Shown one piece after another: positions 57,154 through 64,000 of a stretch of DNA of 64,000 nucleotides (positions are counted from its first letter, which is position 1; every line of letters starts with the position of its first letter). The notes under the pieces were generated by a model that saw nothing but the letters and a program-made list of their open reading frames with translations, was not told where the DNA came from and made no database searches. The translations under genes were made by a program, and so were the position numbers. Source of the stretch: an uncultured Actinomycetes bacterium (GTDB taxonomy: Bacteria; Actinomycetota; Thermoleophilia; Gaiellales; Gaiellaceae); assembly GCA_963820725.1 (NCBI GenBank), contig CAWGAZ010000005.1:9241-73240 (forward strand), given 5' to 3'.

Positions 57154-58530
57154 GTGGGACGCCTCCGGGTCGCCGTCGCCATCGTCGCCGCTGCGCTCGT
57201 CTGCGCCGGCGGCGCCTCGGCCGCACCCGGCTGGACCGAGGTCACCATCCAGGCGTCGGACACGACCCCGCTCGCCTGCGCGTACGTCATCCCGAGCGGC
57301 ACCGCTCCGACCGGCGGGTGGCCCGGCGTCATCCTGTTCCACGGGCTCGGGCAGTCCCACACCGACATGGAGCAGTACGGGAGCGCGCTGGCGCAGTTCG
57401 GCTTCGCGGCTCTCACCTGCGACGCGCGCGGCACCGGCGCGTCGGGCGGCAAGTTCGGGCTCGATGGGCCGAGAGAGGTGCAGGACGCGCGAGATCTCTT
57501 CAGCTGGTTCGCCGGACGGGCCGATGTCTCGGACACCGCGATCGGGGCGTTCGGCCTCTCACTCGGAGGCGGCGAGGTCTGGAACGCGGCCGTAGCGGGC
57601 GTGCCCTTCAAGGCGATCGTGCCGGCGATCACGTGGACTGACCTCGGCCAGGCGCTCAACCCGAGCGGCGTGCCGAAGGGCGGCGAGATCAACGCGCTTG
57701 CCGCTGCCGTTCCGTTTTCCCGGTGGGACTCCTCGCTGACGTTGCCCGGTGATGAGGACTTCGACGTGAGCGCTGCGGTCAAGAGCGCCGAGGCGGCGCG
57801 CTCCTCACGCTCCAAGCTCCACTCGCTCACGGTTCCGACCCTCTTGCTGCAGGGCCGACACGACTTTCTCTTCGACATTGATCAGGCCATCGCCGCCTAC
57901 AAGCTCTTGGCCGGGCCGAAGCGGCTGTACCTCGGCGACATCGGCCATGCACCGGCGAAGAACCCGTCGGCCGAAGCGCCCACCTACCTCACCGAGGCGG
58001 TCGGCTGGTTCCACCAGTATCTCGTCGGCGGGCCGAAGCTCATCGGCGCCGGAGTCGAGCTCGCACATGACCCGTGGGACGGGAGGACGAGCTTCTACAA
58101 GGGCCTTCCGGCAACCCGGCGCCAGAGCGTGAACCTGCCTGGAACGAAGCAGATCGCAGGGACAGGATCGGCTCGGCGAACCGTACGACTCACCGGCGGT
58201 CCGTTCGAGACGTTCGGCGACAGCTCGCTCATCGTCCGTTATTCGGACCATCGCGCTGACCTCAAGCAGATCAGGGCCATGGTTTCCGTCAAGGGAAGCA
58301 AGACGCCGGTGACTTTCGGCGCCGCTCGCCTGACGGGCGAAGCAGGGGTAGTACGGATTCCGCTCAGCGACCAGGCCGTCCTCCTCCCACGCGGAAAGCG
58401 GCTCGTGGTCACGGTCGGTTTTACCTCGGCGGACGGCGTCTATGCCACGGTTTTCGGCGCTCCCCTGGTGGCCAAGATCGGCCGCATCACGCTGAATCTC
58501 TCGGTCCTCAAGCGCGCAGTCTCCAAGTAG
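57154..58530 (+). CDS. secreted alpha/beta hydrolase (CocE/NonD or X-Pro dipeptidyl-peptidase S15-like)
   Basis: Signal peptide MGRLRVAVAIVAAALVCAGGASA. ...PGVILFHGLGQSH...DARGTGASGG...AFGLSLGGG (G-x-S-x-G nucleophile elbow), plus a C-terminal beta-sandwich-like region. Confidence 0.7.
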   Translation: MGRLRVAVAIVAAALVCAGGASAAPGWTEVTIQASDTTPLACAYVIPSGTAPTGGWPGVILFHGLGQSHTDMEQYGSALAQFGFAALTCDARGTGASGGKFGLDGPREVQDARDLFSWFAGRADVSDTAIGAFGLSLGGGEVWNAAVAGVPFKAIVPAITWTDLGQALNPSGVPKGGEINALAAAVPFSRWDSSLTLPGDEDFDVSAAVKSAEAARSSRSKLHSLTVPTLLLQGRHDFLFDIDQAIAAYKLLAGPKRLYLGDIGHAPAKNPSAEAPTYLTEAVGWFHQYLVGGPKLIGAGVELAHDPWDGRTSFYKGLPATRRQSVNLPGTKQIAGTGSARRTVRLTGGPFETFGDSSLIVRYSDHRADLKQIRAMVSVKGSKTPVTFGAARLTGEAGVVRIPLSDQAVLLPRGKRLVVTVGFTSADGVYATVFGAPLVAKIGRITLNLSVLKRAVSK

Positions 58531-58548
58531 AGCGGTAGCGTCCGCGGC

Positions 58549-59493
58549 ATGCCCGCGACCGTGCGCATCGGCACCTGCTCGTGGGCCGACGAGGCTCTCT
58601 CGAAGTACTTCTACCCGCCGAAGCTTCCGGCCAGGGAGCGGCTCGCCTGGTACGCCGAGCACTTCGACACCGTCGAGGTCGACTCGACCTACTACCGCCT
58701 GCCGAGCGAGTCGATGGTGCAGGGCTGGGCCGAGCGGACGCCGGACGACTTCACGATGCACGTCAAGGCGTTCGGCCTCATGACGCGGCATCCGGTCAAG
58801 GCCGAGGTGATCCCGGAAGACCTCCGCGACGAGATGCCCGTCGACGAGCGCGGCCGCATCGACCGGCCGCCACGCGAGCTCCGCGGCGAGATCTTCCGAC
58901 GCTTCCTCGAGGCACTCGAGCCGCTCCGCGGTGCGGGCAAGCTCGGCGGGATCCTCTTCCAGCTGCCGCCGTACATCGTCTACAAGGACGCGTCGCTGGA
59001 GTACCTCGAGTGGGCACGCGGGCAGCTGGGTGGGGACGAGATGCTGGTCGAGTTCCGGCACCGCTCGTGGCTCGACGACGAGAACCGCGCGGCGAGCCTC
59101 GCCTTCCTCGAGCGGATCGGCGCCGGGTACGTCGTCGTCGACGCCCCGCGCTCGGACACGGCGCGCAACCTCGTGCCGACCGTGGTGGCCACGACGTCGC
59201 CGACCGCCTACGTCCGCTTCCACGGCCGCAACCTCGGCACCTGGAACAAGCGCGGCGGCTCGGCGGCCGAGCGCTTTGACTACCTCTACTCCGACGACGA
59301 GCTCGGAGAGTTCGTCGAGCCGTTGCGAGAGCTCGCCGGCCATTCGGAGCAGGCCTATGCCTTCTTCAACAACAACGCCTCGTCGGAGGATCCCGAGAAC
59401 CCGCTGGGGCACGTCTCGCAGGCCGCCACCAATGCGCGGCAGCTGCGACGGCTCCTCGACGTGAACCAGATCGCGGCCAGCGGCGGGACATAG
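58549..59493 (+). CDS. DUF72 (YecE-like) protein
   Basis: VRIGTCSWADEAL...YYP......ERL.WYAEHFDTVEVDSTYYRLP......WAERTP.DF...VKA....TH...ILFQLPP... matches the characteristic DUF72 layout. Confidence 0.85.
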   Translation: MPATVRIGTCSWADEALSKYFYPPKLPARERLAWYAEHFDTVEVDSTYYRLPSESMVQGWAERTPDDFTMHVKAFGLMTRHPVKAEVIPEDLRDEMPVDERGRIDRPPRELRGEIFRRFLEALEPLRGAGKLGGILFQLPPYIVYKDASLEYLEWARGQLGGDEMLVEFRHRSWLDDENRAASLAFLERIGAGYVVVDAPRSDTARNLVPTVVATTSPTAYVRFHGRNLGTWNKRGGSAAERFDYLYSDDELGEFVEPLRELAGHSEQAYAFFNNNASSEDPENPLGHVSQAATNARQLRRLLDVNQIAASGGT

Positions 59494-59503
59494 GCTGGCC
59501 CGC

Positions 59504-60208
59504 GTGGACGTGCTCTCGATCGTGCACGGCGAGGACGTGGGCACCGAGCTCTTCGCTCCGCTCGTCGCCGAGGCCGGCCATCGGCTCGAGGAGTGGAGCT
59601 TCGAGCGTGGGACGACGCTGCCGCGTCCGCTCGACGCCTACGACGCGGTGTTCGTCTTCGGCGGCGGCATGCACATCGACCAGGAGGACGGGCACCCCTG
59701 GCTGCGGGACGAGGCACGCTGGCTTCTCGAGCTGCTCGAGCGCCCGATCCCGACGCTCGGTGTCTGCCTCGGCTCGCAACTCGTCGCGCGAGCCGCGGGC
59801 GCCGGTGTCGGGCGGCTCGCCGAGCCCGAGATCGGCTGGAGCGAGGTCGAATTGACCGAGGCGGGTACGGCGGATCCGGTCCTCGCGGTCCTACCCGCCC
59901 GGTTCGAAGCGTTCGAGTGGCACCACTACGGGCACGAGCTCCCCGACGGTGCGGTCGCGCTCGCGCAGAACGCGGCGTCGCTGCAGGCGTTCCGCCTGGG
60001 CGAAAGCGTCTGGGGAGTGCAGTTCCACCCTGAGGTGACCGAGCTGCAGGTGGAGCGGTGGATCGGCGACGAGAGCGACCCGCCGCCAGATCCTGCAGGG
60101 CTACGCGCCGAGACGCGCGCGCAGATCGGCCGCTGGAACGAGCTCGGGCGCCGCCTCTGCCGCTCGTTCCTCACTGCGGCCGAGCGACTCGGCGCGCGTG
60201 CCGCCTGA
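59504..60208 (+). CDS. class I glutamine amidotransferase-like protein
   Basis: ...DAVFVFGGGMH......PWL..E..WL......IPTLGVCLGSQL (nucleophile Cys)...WGVQFHPEV (His-x-Glu). Confidence 0.8.
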   Translation: MDVLSIVHGEDVGTELFAPLVAEAGHRLEEWSFERGTTLPRPLDAYDAVFVFGGGMHIDQEDGHPWLRDEARWLLELLERPIPTLGVCLGSQLVARAAGAGVGRLAEPEIGWSEVELTEAGTADPVLAVLPARFEAFEWHHYGHELPDGAVALAQNAASLQAFRLGESVWGVQFHPEVTELQVERWIGDESDPPPDPAGLRAETRAQIGRWNELGRRLCRSFLTAAERLGARAA

Positions 60209-61016
60209 GGCGCTCGCTCTCGCCCTCGCGGCGGCAGGCCTGCACGCGGGCTGGAACGTGTTCCTGCGCGGGTCGGAGGACGTCGAGGCCCGCACCGCCG
60301 TCGTGCTCGGGCTCTCGGTGCTGCTCTTCGCACCGGTTGCTGCGGTGACGTGGTCGGTTTCGTGGACGGTCGCGCCGTACGTCGCCGCGTCGGCTGCGTT
60401 CGAGGGCGTGTACTTCGCGCTCCTCGTCGCCGCCTACCGTCGGCGGGAGCTGTCGGTCGTCTACCCGGTCGCCCGAGGATCGGCTCCCGTGCTGGTCCTG
60501 CTCGGAACGGTCGTCGTCCTCAGCCGCCACGTCTCGGCAGGTACAGCCGTGGGCGTCGGCCTCGTCGCGGTCGGGGTCGTCCTCGTGCGTGGGATCCGGC
60601 GGGGAGCGGAGGGCTTGCTCGTCGCGTTGGCGATCGGCTGTGCAATCGCCGCCTACACGCTCGTGGACAAGGACGGGCTGCAACATGCGGCCGCCATCCC
60701 GTATCTCGAGCTCGTGCTGGCGCCTGTCGCCCTCGTGGGGGTGTCTCTGGCAGCGGCGCGACGCGGAGCCGACACGCTGCGAGCGCAGCTGACAGCGTCG
60801 ACCGTCGTCGCAGCCGTGGCTTCGTTCGCCGCCTACGCGCTCGTCCTCGCCGCGCTTCGGCTGGCGCCGGCTCCCGACGTCGCGGCGGTGCGGGAGACGA
60901 GCGTCGTGTTCGCGGCGCTGCTCGCAGGTGCGTTCCTTCGCGAACGCGTGGGCTGGATGCGGCTCTCCGGCGCCCTGGCCGTCGCGGCAGGCGTCGCTCT
61001 GATCGCGCTGTCCTAG
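60198..61016 (+). CDS. EamA/DMT-family membrane transporter
   Basis: 272-aa ORF with about 9-10 hydrophobic helices and an internal duplication typical of DMT proteins. GTG 60198 overlaps the preceding stop. Confidence 0.7.
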   Translation: MPPEALALALAAAGLHAGWNVFLRGSEDVEARTAVVLGLSVLLFAPVAAVTWSVSWTVAPYVAASAAFEGVYFALLVAAYRRRELSVVYPVARGSAPVLVLLGTVVVLSRHVSAGTAVGVGLVAVGVVLVRGIRRGAEGLLVALAIGCAIAAYTLVDKDGLQHAAAIPYLELVLAPVALVGVSLAAARRGADTLRAQLTASTVVAAVASFAAYALVLAALRLAPAPDVAAVRETSVVFAALLAGAFLRERVGWMRLSGALAVAAGVALIALS

Positions 61017-61094
61017 TCGCGCGAGGCTTGACTCTCGGACTTGCGCCGATCAGGATCGCCGCAAAGGCGGCGTTTGCTACCGGAGGTGGCTGAC

Positions 61095-61697
61095 ATGGAT
61101 CAGATGAAGGACCTCAAACGCGAGGCGCAGGTTGTCCTCGTCTGTGGAGTGCTCTACCTCATCATCTCGTTTCTCGACTGGCAGCAGGTCTCGTTCCCGT
61201 TCGCCGGTGGCACGGTCGGACTGAGCGAGTGGCACGGCGTCGGCGTCGTCGCCGGCCTCCTCGTGGTCGCGCTACTCGTATGGGAGGGAGTACGGCTGTT
61301 TGCCCCGGACGTGTCGCTCGGCGGGGTCCATGAAGGGCTCGTCTCGGTCGTCATCGCGCTGCTGCTCGCGTTGTTCACGGTGATCACCTTCTTCAGCCAC
61401 AGCGTGGCGCGGCACTGGCCCGCCTGGATCGGCCTCATCCTCGCACTCGTGATCGCGGCCGCAGCGGTGATGCGCGCGCGCGCCGAGGAAGTCCAACTGC
61501 CGGCGGGCAAGCCTGCAGCTGAGACAGCCGGGGCGGCAGAGGCTCCCGCACCGGTTCAGGCCGAACCGGCGGAAGCCGCACCCGAGCCGGAACCGGCAGC
61601 GGATGCACCCGAGCCGGAGCCGGCAGCCGCCGCACCCGAGCCGGAGCCAGAGCCGGCAGCGGAGGCACCGGAGGCTCCCGCGGTGCCCGAGGAGTAG
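61095..61697 (+). CDS. membrane protein (4 TM) with Ala/Pro/Glu-rich repetitive C-terminal tail
   Basis: GGAGG Shine-Dalgarno 7 nt before ATG 61095. MDQMKDLKREAQVVLVCGVLYLIISFLDW...GVGVVAGLLVVALLVW...VSVVIALLLALFTVITFF...WIGLILALVIAAAAV... then ...APEPEPAADAPEPEPAAAAPEPEPEPAAEAPEAP. Confidence 0.6.
   Translation: MDQMKDLKREAQVVLVCGVLYLIISFLDWQQVSFPFAGGTVGLSEWHGVGVVAGLLVVALLVWEGVRLFAPDVSLGGVHEGLVSVVIALLLALFTVITFFSHSVARHWPAWIGLILALVIAAAAVMRARAEEVQLPAGKPAAETAGAAEAPAPVQAEPAEAAPEPEPAADAPEPEPAAAAPEPEPEPAAEAPEAPAVPEE
61578..61664 (+). repeat. three tandem copies of a 27-nt unit (GCACCCGAGCCGGARCCGGCAGCSGVW) encoding APEPEPAA(D/A)
   Basis: Copies start at 61578, 61605 and 61632. The third carries a 6-nt CCAGAG expansion. 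Confidence 0.55.
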
Positions 61698-61700
61698 CCG

Positions 61701-62489
61701 CTAGCGCTCGAGCGGTAGCTCGTCGTGGCGGCTCCACTCGTGCCAGGAGCCGGCGTAGTTGCGCGCCGCATAGCCGGCGGCACGAAGCGCGAGCGTTGCC
61801 AGGGCCGAGCGAGAGCCGGAGTGGCAATAGGCCACGACTTCCGCGCCCTCGGGAAGGCCGACGAGTTGGCGGACGCGTTCCGGCGGAGCCGGACGCCCCG
61901 GCCCCTCGAAGAGCTCCCCGACGCCGAGATTGCGCGCCCCCGGGATGTGGCCCTGGCGCGGATCGCACTGGTTCCCGCGCCGCCCCGAGTACTCGTCGGG
62001 CGTTCGCACGTCGAGGAGCGCCAGCGCCGGGTCGCCGAGCCGGGTCGCCAGCTCCTGTCGCGTCGGCAACGCACTCGGGTTCGGCTCGAGGTCCGCCTCC
62101 GCCTCCCGTACCGGCTCGAGCTCGACTGCTCCCTCCTCGAGCTCGCCCTCCCAGCCGGCGACGCCGCCGAGCAGGATCGCGACGCGTGGATGCCCCGCGA
62201 GCTCCGCCATCTGGGCCGCAGGCATCGCGCCGACGCCGTCGCCACGGTCGACGAGCACGAGCCGCTCCCGGCCCGTGATGCCGTGCCGCCGCAGCCGTAG
62301 CGCGATCTCCTGCGCCAGCGCACGCGCCGACTCCTCGTCCGCCGCCGGCGGCGGCGAGCCGAGCACGAGCGGCCGCGAGCCCGAGATGTGACCGCGCATG
62401 TGCGCGTTTGGCCCACGTACGTCTCCCACGACGAGATCGTCCTCGCCGAGGTGCTCCGCGAGCCACCCGCAGTCGACGACGGCCTTCAC
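61701..62489 (-). CDS. tandem-rhodanese sulfurtransferase (thiosulfate/3-mercaptopyruvate type)
   Basis: VKAVVDCGWLAEHL...DVRG......GHI.GS (inactive N-domain) and ...LLDVRTPDEYSG.......GHIPGA.N......VVAYCHSGSRSA (active-site Cys loop)...YAGSWHEW. GTG 62489 overlaps the GST stop (GTGA). Confidence 0.85.
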   Translation of the reverse strand: MKAVVDCGWLAEHLGEDDLVVGDVRGPNAHMRGHISGSRPLVLGSPPPAADEESARALAQEIALRLRRHGITGRERLVLVDRGDGVGAMPAAQMAELAGHPRVAILLGGVAGWEGELEEGAVELEPVREAEADLEPNPSALPTRQELATRLGDPALALLDVRTPDEYSGRRGNQCDPRQGHIPGARNLGVGELFEGPGRPAPPERVRQLVGLPEGAEVVAYCHSGSRSALATLALRAAGYAARNYAGSWHEWSRHDELPLER

Positions 62490-63064
62490 AGCGCGGCGAC
62501 AACTCCTACTTCGGCGGCGATCGCGGGACGCTGCTCGAGCCGCGCGAGCCAGTCGGCGAGGGACGGGAAGGCGTCGAGCTCGACACCGAGCATGTCGCGC
62601 GCGCGGAGCACCCACGGCACGAGGGCGATGTCCGCGAGCCCATATTCGGCACCGCTCAGATACGGCCGGTCGTCGAGCAAGGAGTCGAGCCGTCCGAGTG
62701 CGGCGTCGAGCTGCTCGCGCGCCCCGTCCTCCGCGCGGCGGAAAGCGTAGTAGGGATCGGTCAGGTCGTCGTCGCGGAAGATGAGGAGCCTGGCCGCAGC
62801 GCGGTCGGCGGGGTCGGCCGGCAGGAGTGCCGGCTCGGGGTAGCGCTCCTCGAGGAACTCCATGATCACGGCCGACTCCGGCAACGGGTCGCCTCCGTCC
62901 TCCTCGATCACGGGCACCCGGCCGGTGGGATTCTTTTCGTACAGCCAGGCAGGCCGGTCGGAGAGGTCGATCTCGACGGTCTCGAACTCGATGCCTTTCT
63001 CGGCGAGAACGATCCGCGCCCGCGCAGCGTAGGGACAGCGCGCAGCGCTGTAGAGCGTGATCAC
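62486..63064 (-). CDS. glutathione S-transferase-family protein
   Basis: VITLYSAARCPYAARARIVLAEKGIEFETVEIDL.DRP.WL...NP.GRVPV...ESAVIMEFLEERYPEP.LLP.DP... GTG 63064 overlaps the GNAT stop (GTGA). Confidence 0.8.
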   Translation of the reverse strand: MITLYSAARCPYAARARIVLAEKGIEFETVEIDLSDRPAWLYEKNPTGRVPVIEEDGGDPLPESAVIMEFLEERYPEPALLPADPADRAAARLLIFRDDDLTDPYYAFRRAEDGAREQLDAALGRLDSLLDDRPYLSGAEYGLADIALVPWVLRARDMLGVELDAFPSLADWLARLEQRPAIAAEVGVVAAL

Positions 63065-63996
63065 GGTTGCACCCCCATCGCGGCGGCGAGCTGTTCGTAG
63101 AGCTCCTGGGCGGGCGGCAGCTCGCCGGGCGACGCCGCGGTGCGCGCCACCTCCCGCACGCGCCTCGGATCGGCACCGGTCAGACGCCCGACGACCGTCG
63201 CGTTCGCGCCGAGCGCGTAGGTGTCGCCCGGTGGCAGCGGGCCGAAGTACTCGGGGACGGACAGGTACTCGTCGACGTCGGCTCCGCGGTCGAAGAGGTC
63301 GTAGCGGACTACCGCGCCGCGCTGGATACCGAGTGAGAGCGTGACACCGCCGGTCGTGTACGAGAGCTCCTTCGCGAGCGCCTTCAACCGCTCCGGATCC
63401 GCGTCGGTCGGGTCGGAGCGCACGCGGATCCAGTTGCCCTCGACCTCGACGTCCGGGTCGAGACGCAACACCTTGACCGTGTCCCGCTTGACCTTCTCGA
63501 CGTCGTCGGTCTGGACGTGGACGAAGCCGAACGTCGGCCCGTCGGCCGGCACGAGGCGCTGCTCGAGCTCGTCGATCGGGGCGGCGAGCCGCAGCTCGAA
63601 CGCCTGAAATCCCCAGCGGTTGTACGTCGCCCGGGCGCCTTCGTTCGAGGAGACCACGTCGAGCTCGACCACCTCGGCCCCGGCCTCCCGCATCTGTGCC
63701 GCGAAGCTCCGCGTCAGCTCGGTGGCGATGCCGGTTCCCCGAACGGCCGGGCGGACGTAGAGAACCTGCAACTCGGCGACGCGCTTCCCCATCATGCGAC
63801 CGGAGGCGAACCCGACCGGCTGGCCGTCGTCGTCCTCGGCGATCCAGGACGTGCCTGCCTTCGTCGCCTGGTCGAGGTCCGCGAGCTCCTCGTCGGAATC
63901 CGGGTCGCGCCACGGCGCGTCCTTGATCTCCTCGCCGAACGCGTGCAGGAGCTCGTGGAGGGCGTCGCGGTCGGCGGTCGTGGCTTGGCGGATCAC
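63061..63996 (-). CDS. GNAT N-acetyltransferase with an uncharacterised C-terminal domain of about 170 aa
   Basis: ...PVGFASGRMMGKRVAELQVLYVRPAVRGTGIATELTRSFAAQMREAGAEVVELDVVSSNEGARATYNRWGF (GNAT motif A R-x-x-G-x-G/A), then FGFVHVQTDDVEKVKRD...LSYTTGGVTLSLGI... Confidence 0.75.
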   Translation of the reverse strand: MIRQATTADRDALHELLHAFGEEIKDAPWRDPDSDEELADLDQATKAGTSWIAEDDDGQPVGFASGRMMGKRVAELQVLYVRPAVRGTGIATELTRSFAAQMREAGAEVVELDVVSSNEGARATYNRWGFQAFELRLAAPIDELEQRLVPADGPTFGFVHVQTDDVEKVKRDTVKVLRLDPDVEVEGNWIRVRSDPTDADPERLKALAKELSYTTGGVTLSLGIQRGAVVRYDLFDRGADVDEYLSVPEYFGPLPPGDTYALGANATVVGRLTGADPRRVREVARTAASPGELPPAQELYEQLAAAMGVQP

Positions 63997-64000
63997 AGGG

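Overview
This is a very GC-rich, gene-dense chromosomal segment of actinobacterial type; the lineage cannot be fixed from sequence alone. I can support about 76 protein-coding genes. I found no rRNA, tRNA, CRISPR array, transposase, integrase or phage genes.

Gene content in order:
- trxA (5' end outside the window)
- a RidA / GCS2(YbdK)-type ligase / Prx-like redox trio
- an ArsR / SRPBCC / Asp-box beta-propeller / MoaD-ThiS cluster
- a 570-aa Cys-rich secreted orphan
- a stress or hypoxia-type block: USP coupled to a GNAT + NDP-forming acyl-CoA-synthetase (Pat-like) acetyltransferase, Zn-ADH, a DosS/DosR-like GAF kinase with a NarL regulator, phosphoketolase, acetate kinase and a CBS protein
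- a copper-handling island: SCO1, YcnI, a CopC-CopD fusion and several uncharacterised exported proteins
- fabI
- an acpS-nnr-alr operon
- an MMPL transporter
- rplM-rpsI-glmM-glmS
- a zinc-ribbon / adenylate-cyclase / STAND-ATPase / TPR giant
- guaB-guaA
- pyrF, hup, pyrE
- murI-rph-rdgB
- a GNAT-GST-rhodanese operon

Most notable observations:
1. A BCP/Prx-like gene (3421..3882) has an in-frame TGA exactly at the peroxidatic-Cys codon. A SECIS-like hairpin follows it, so it is a candidate selenoprotein that ORF callers truncate.
2. Three conserved genes (an SDR, nnr and the normally essential glmS) each carry a single-base insertion frameshift, all within 29.3-38.3 kb.
3. Conserved N-termini of guaA, ackA and an exported protein have no ATG/GTG/TTG available but do have in-frame ATC or ATA.
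4. TANNNT-like -10 boxes lie 6-8 nt upstream of many start codons, a leaderless-type layout. This includes head-to-head genes whose start codons overlap. GTGA/ATGA stop-start coupling is widespread.

I did not find a clear multi-gene novel system such as a defence island. The best candidates for new biology are the Sec-Prx, the propeller + MoaD/ThiS pair, the USP-acetyltransferase couple and the uncharacterised members of the copper island.

All functional calls come from recognising motifs and families by eye. No database search was possible.
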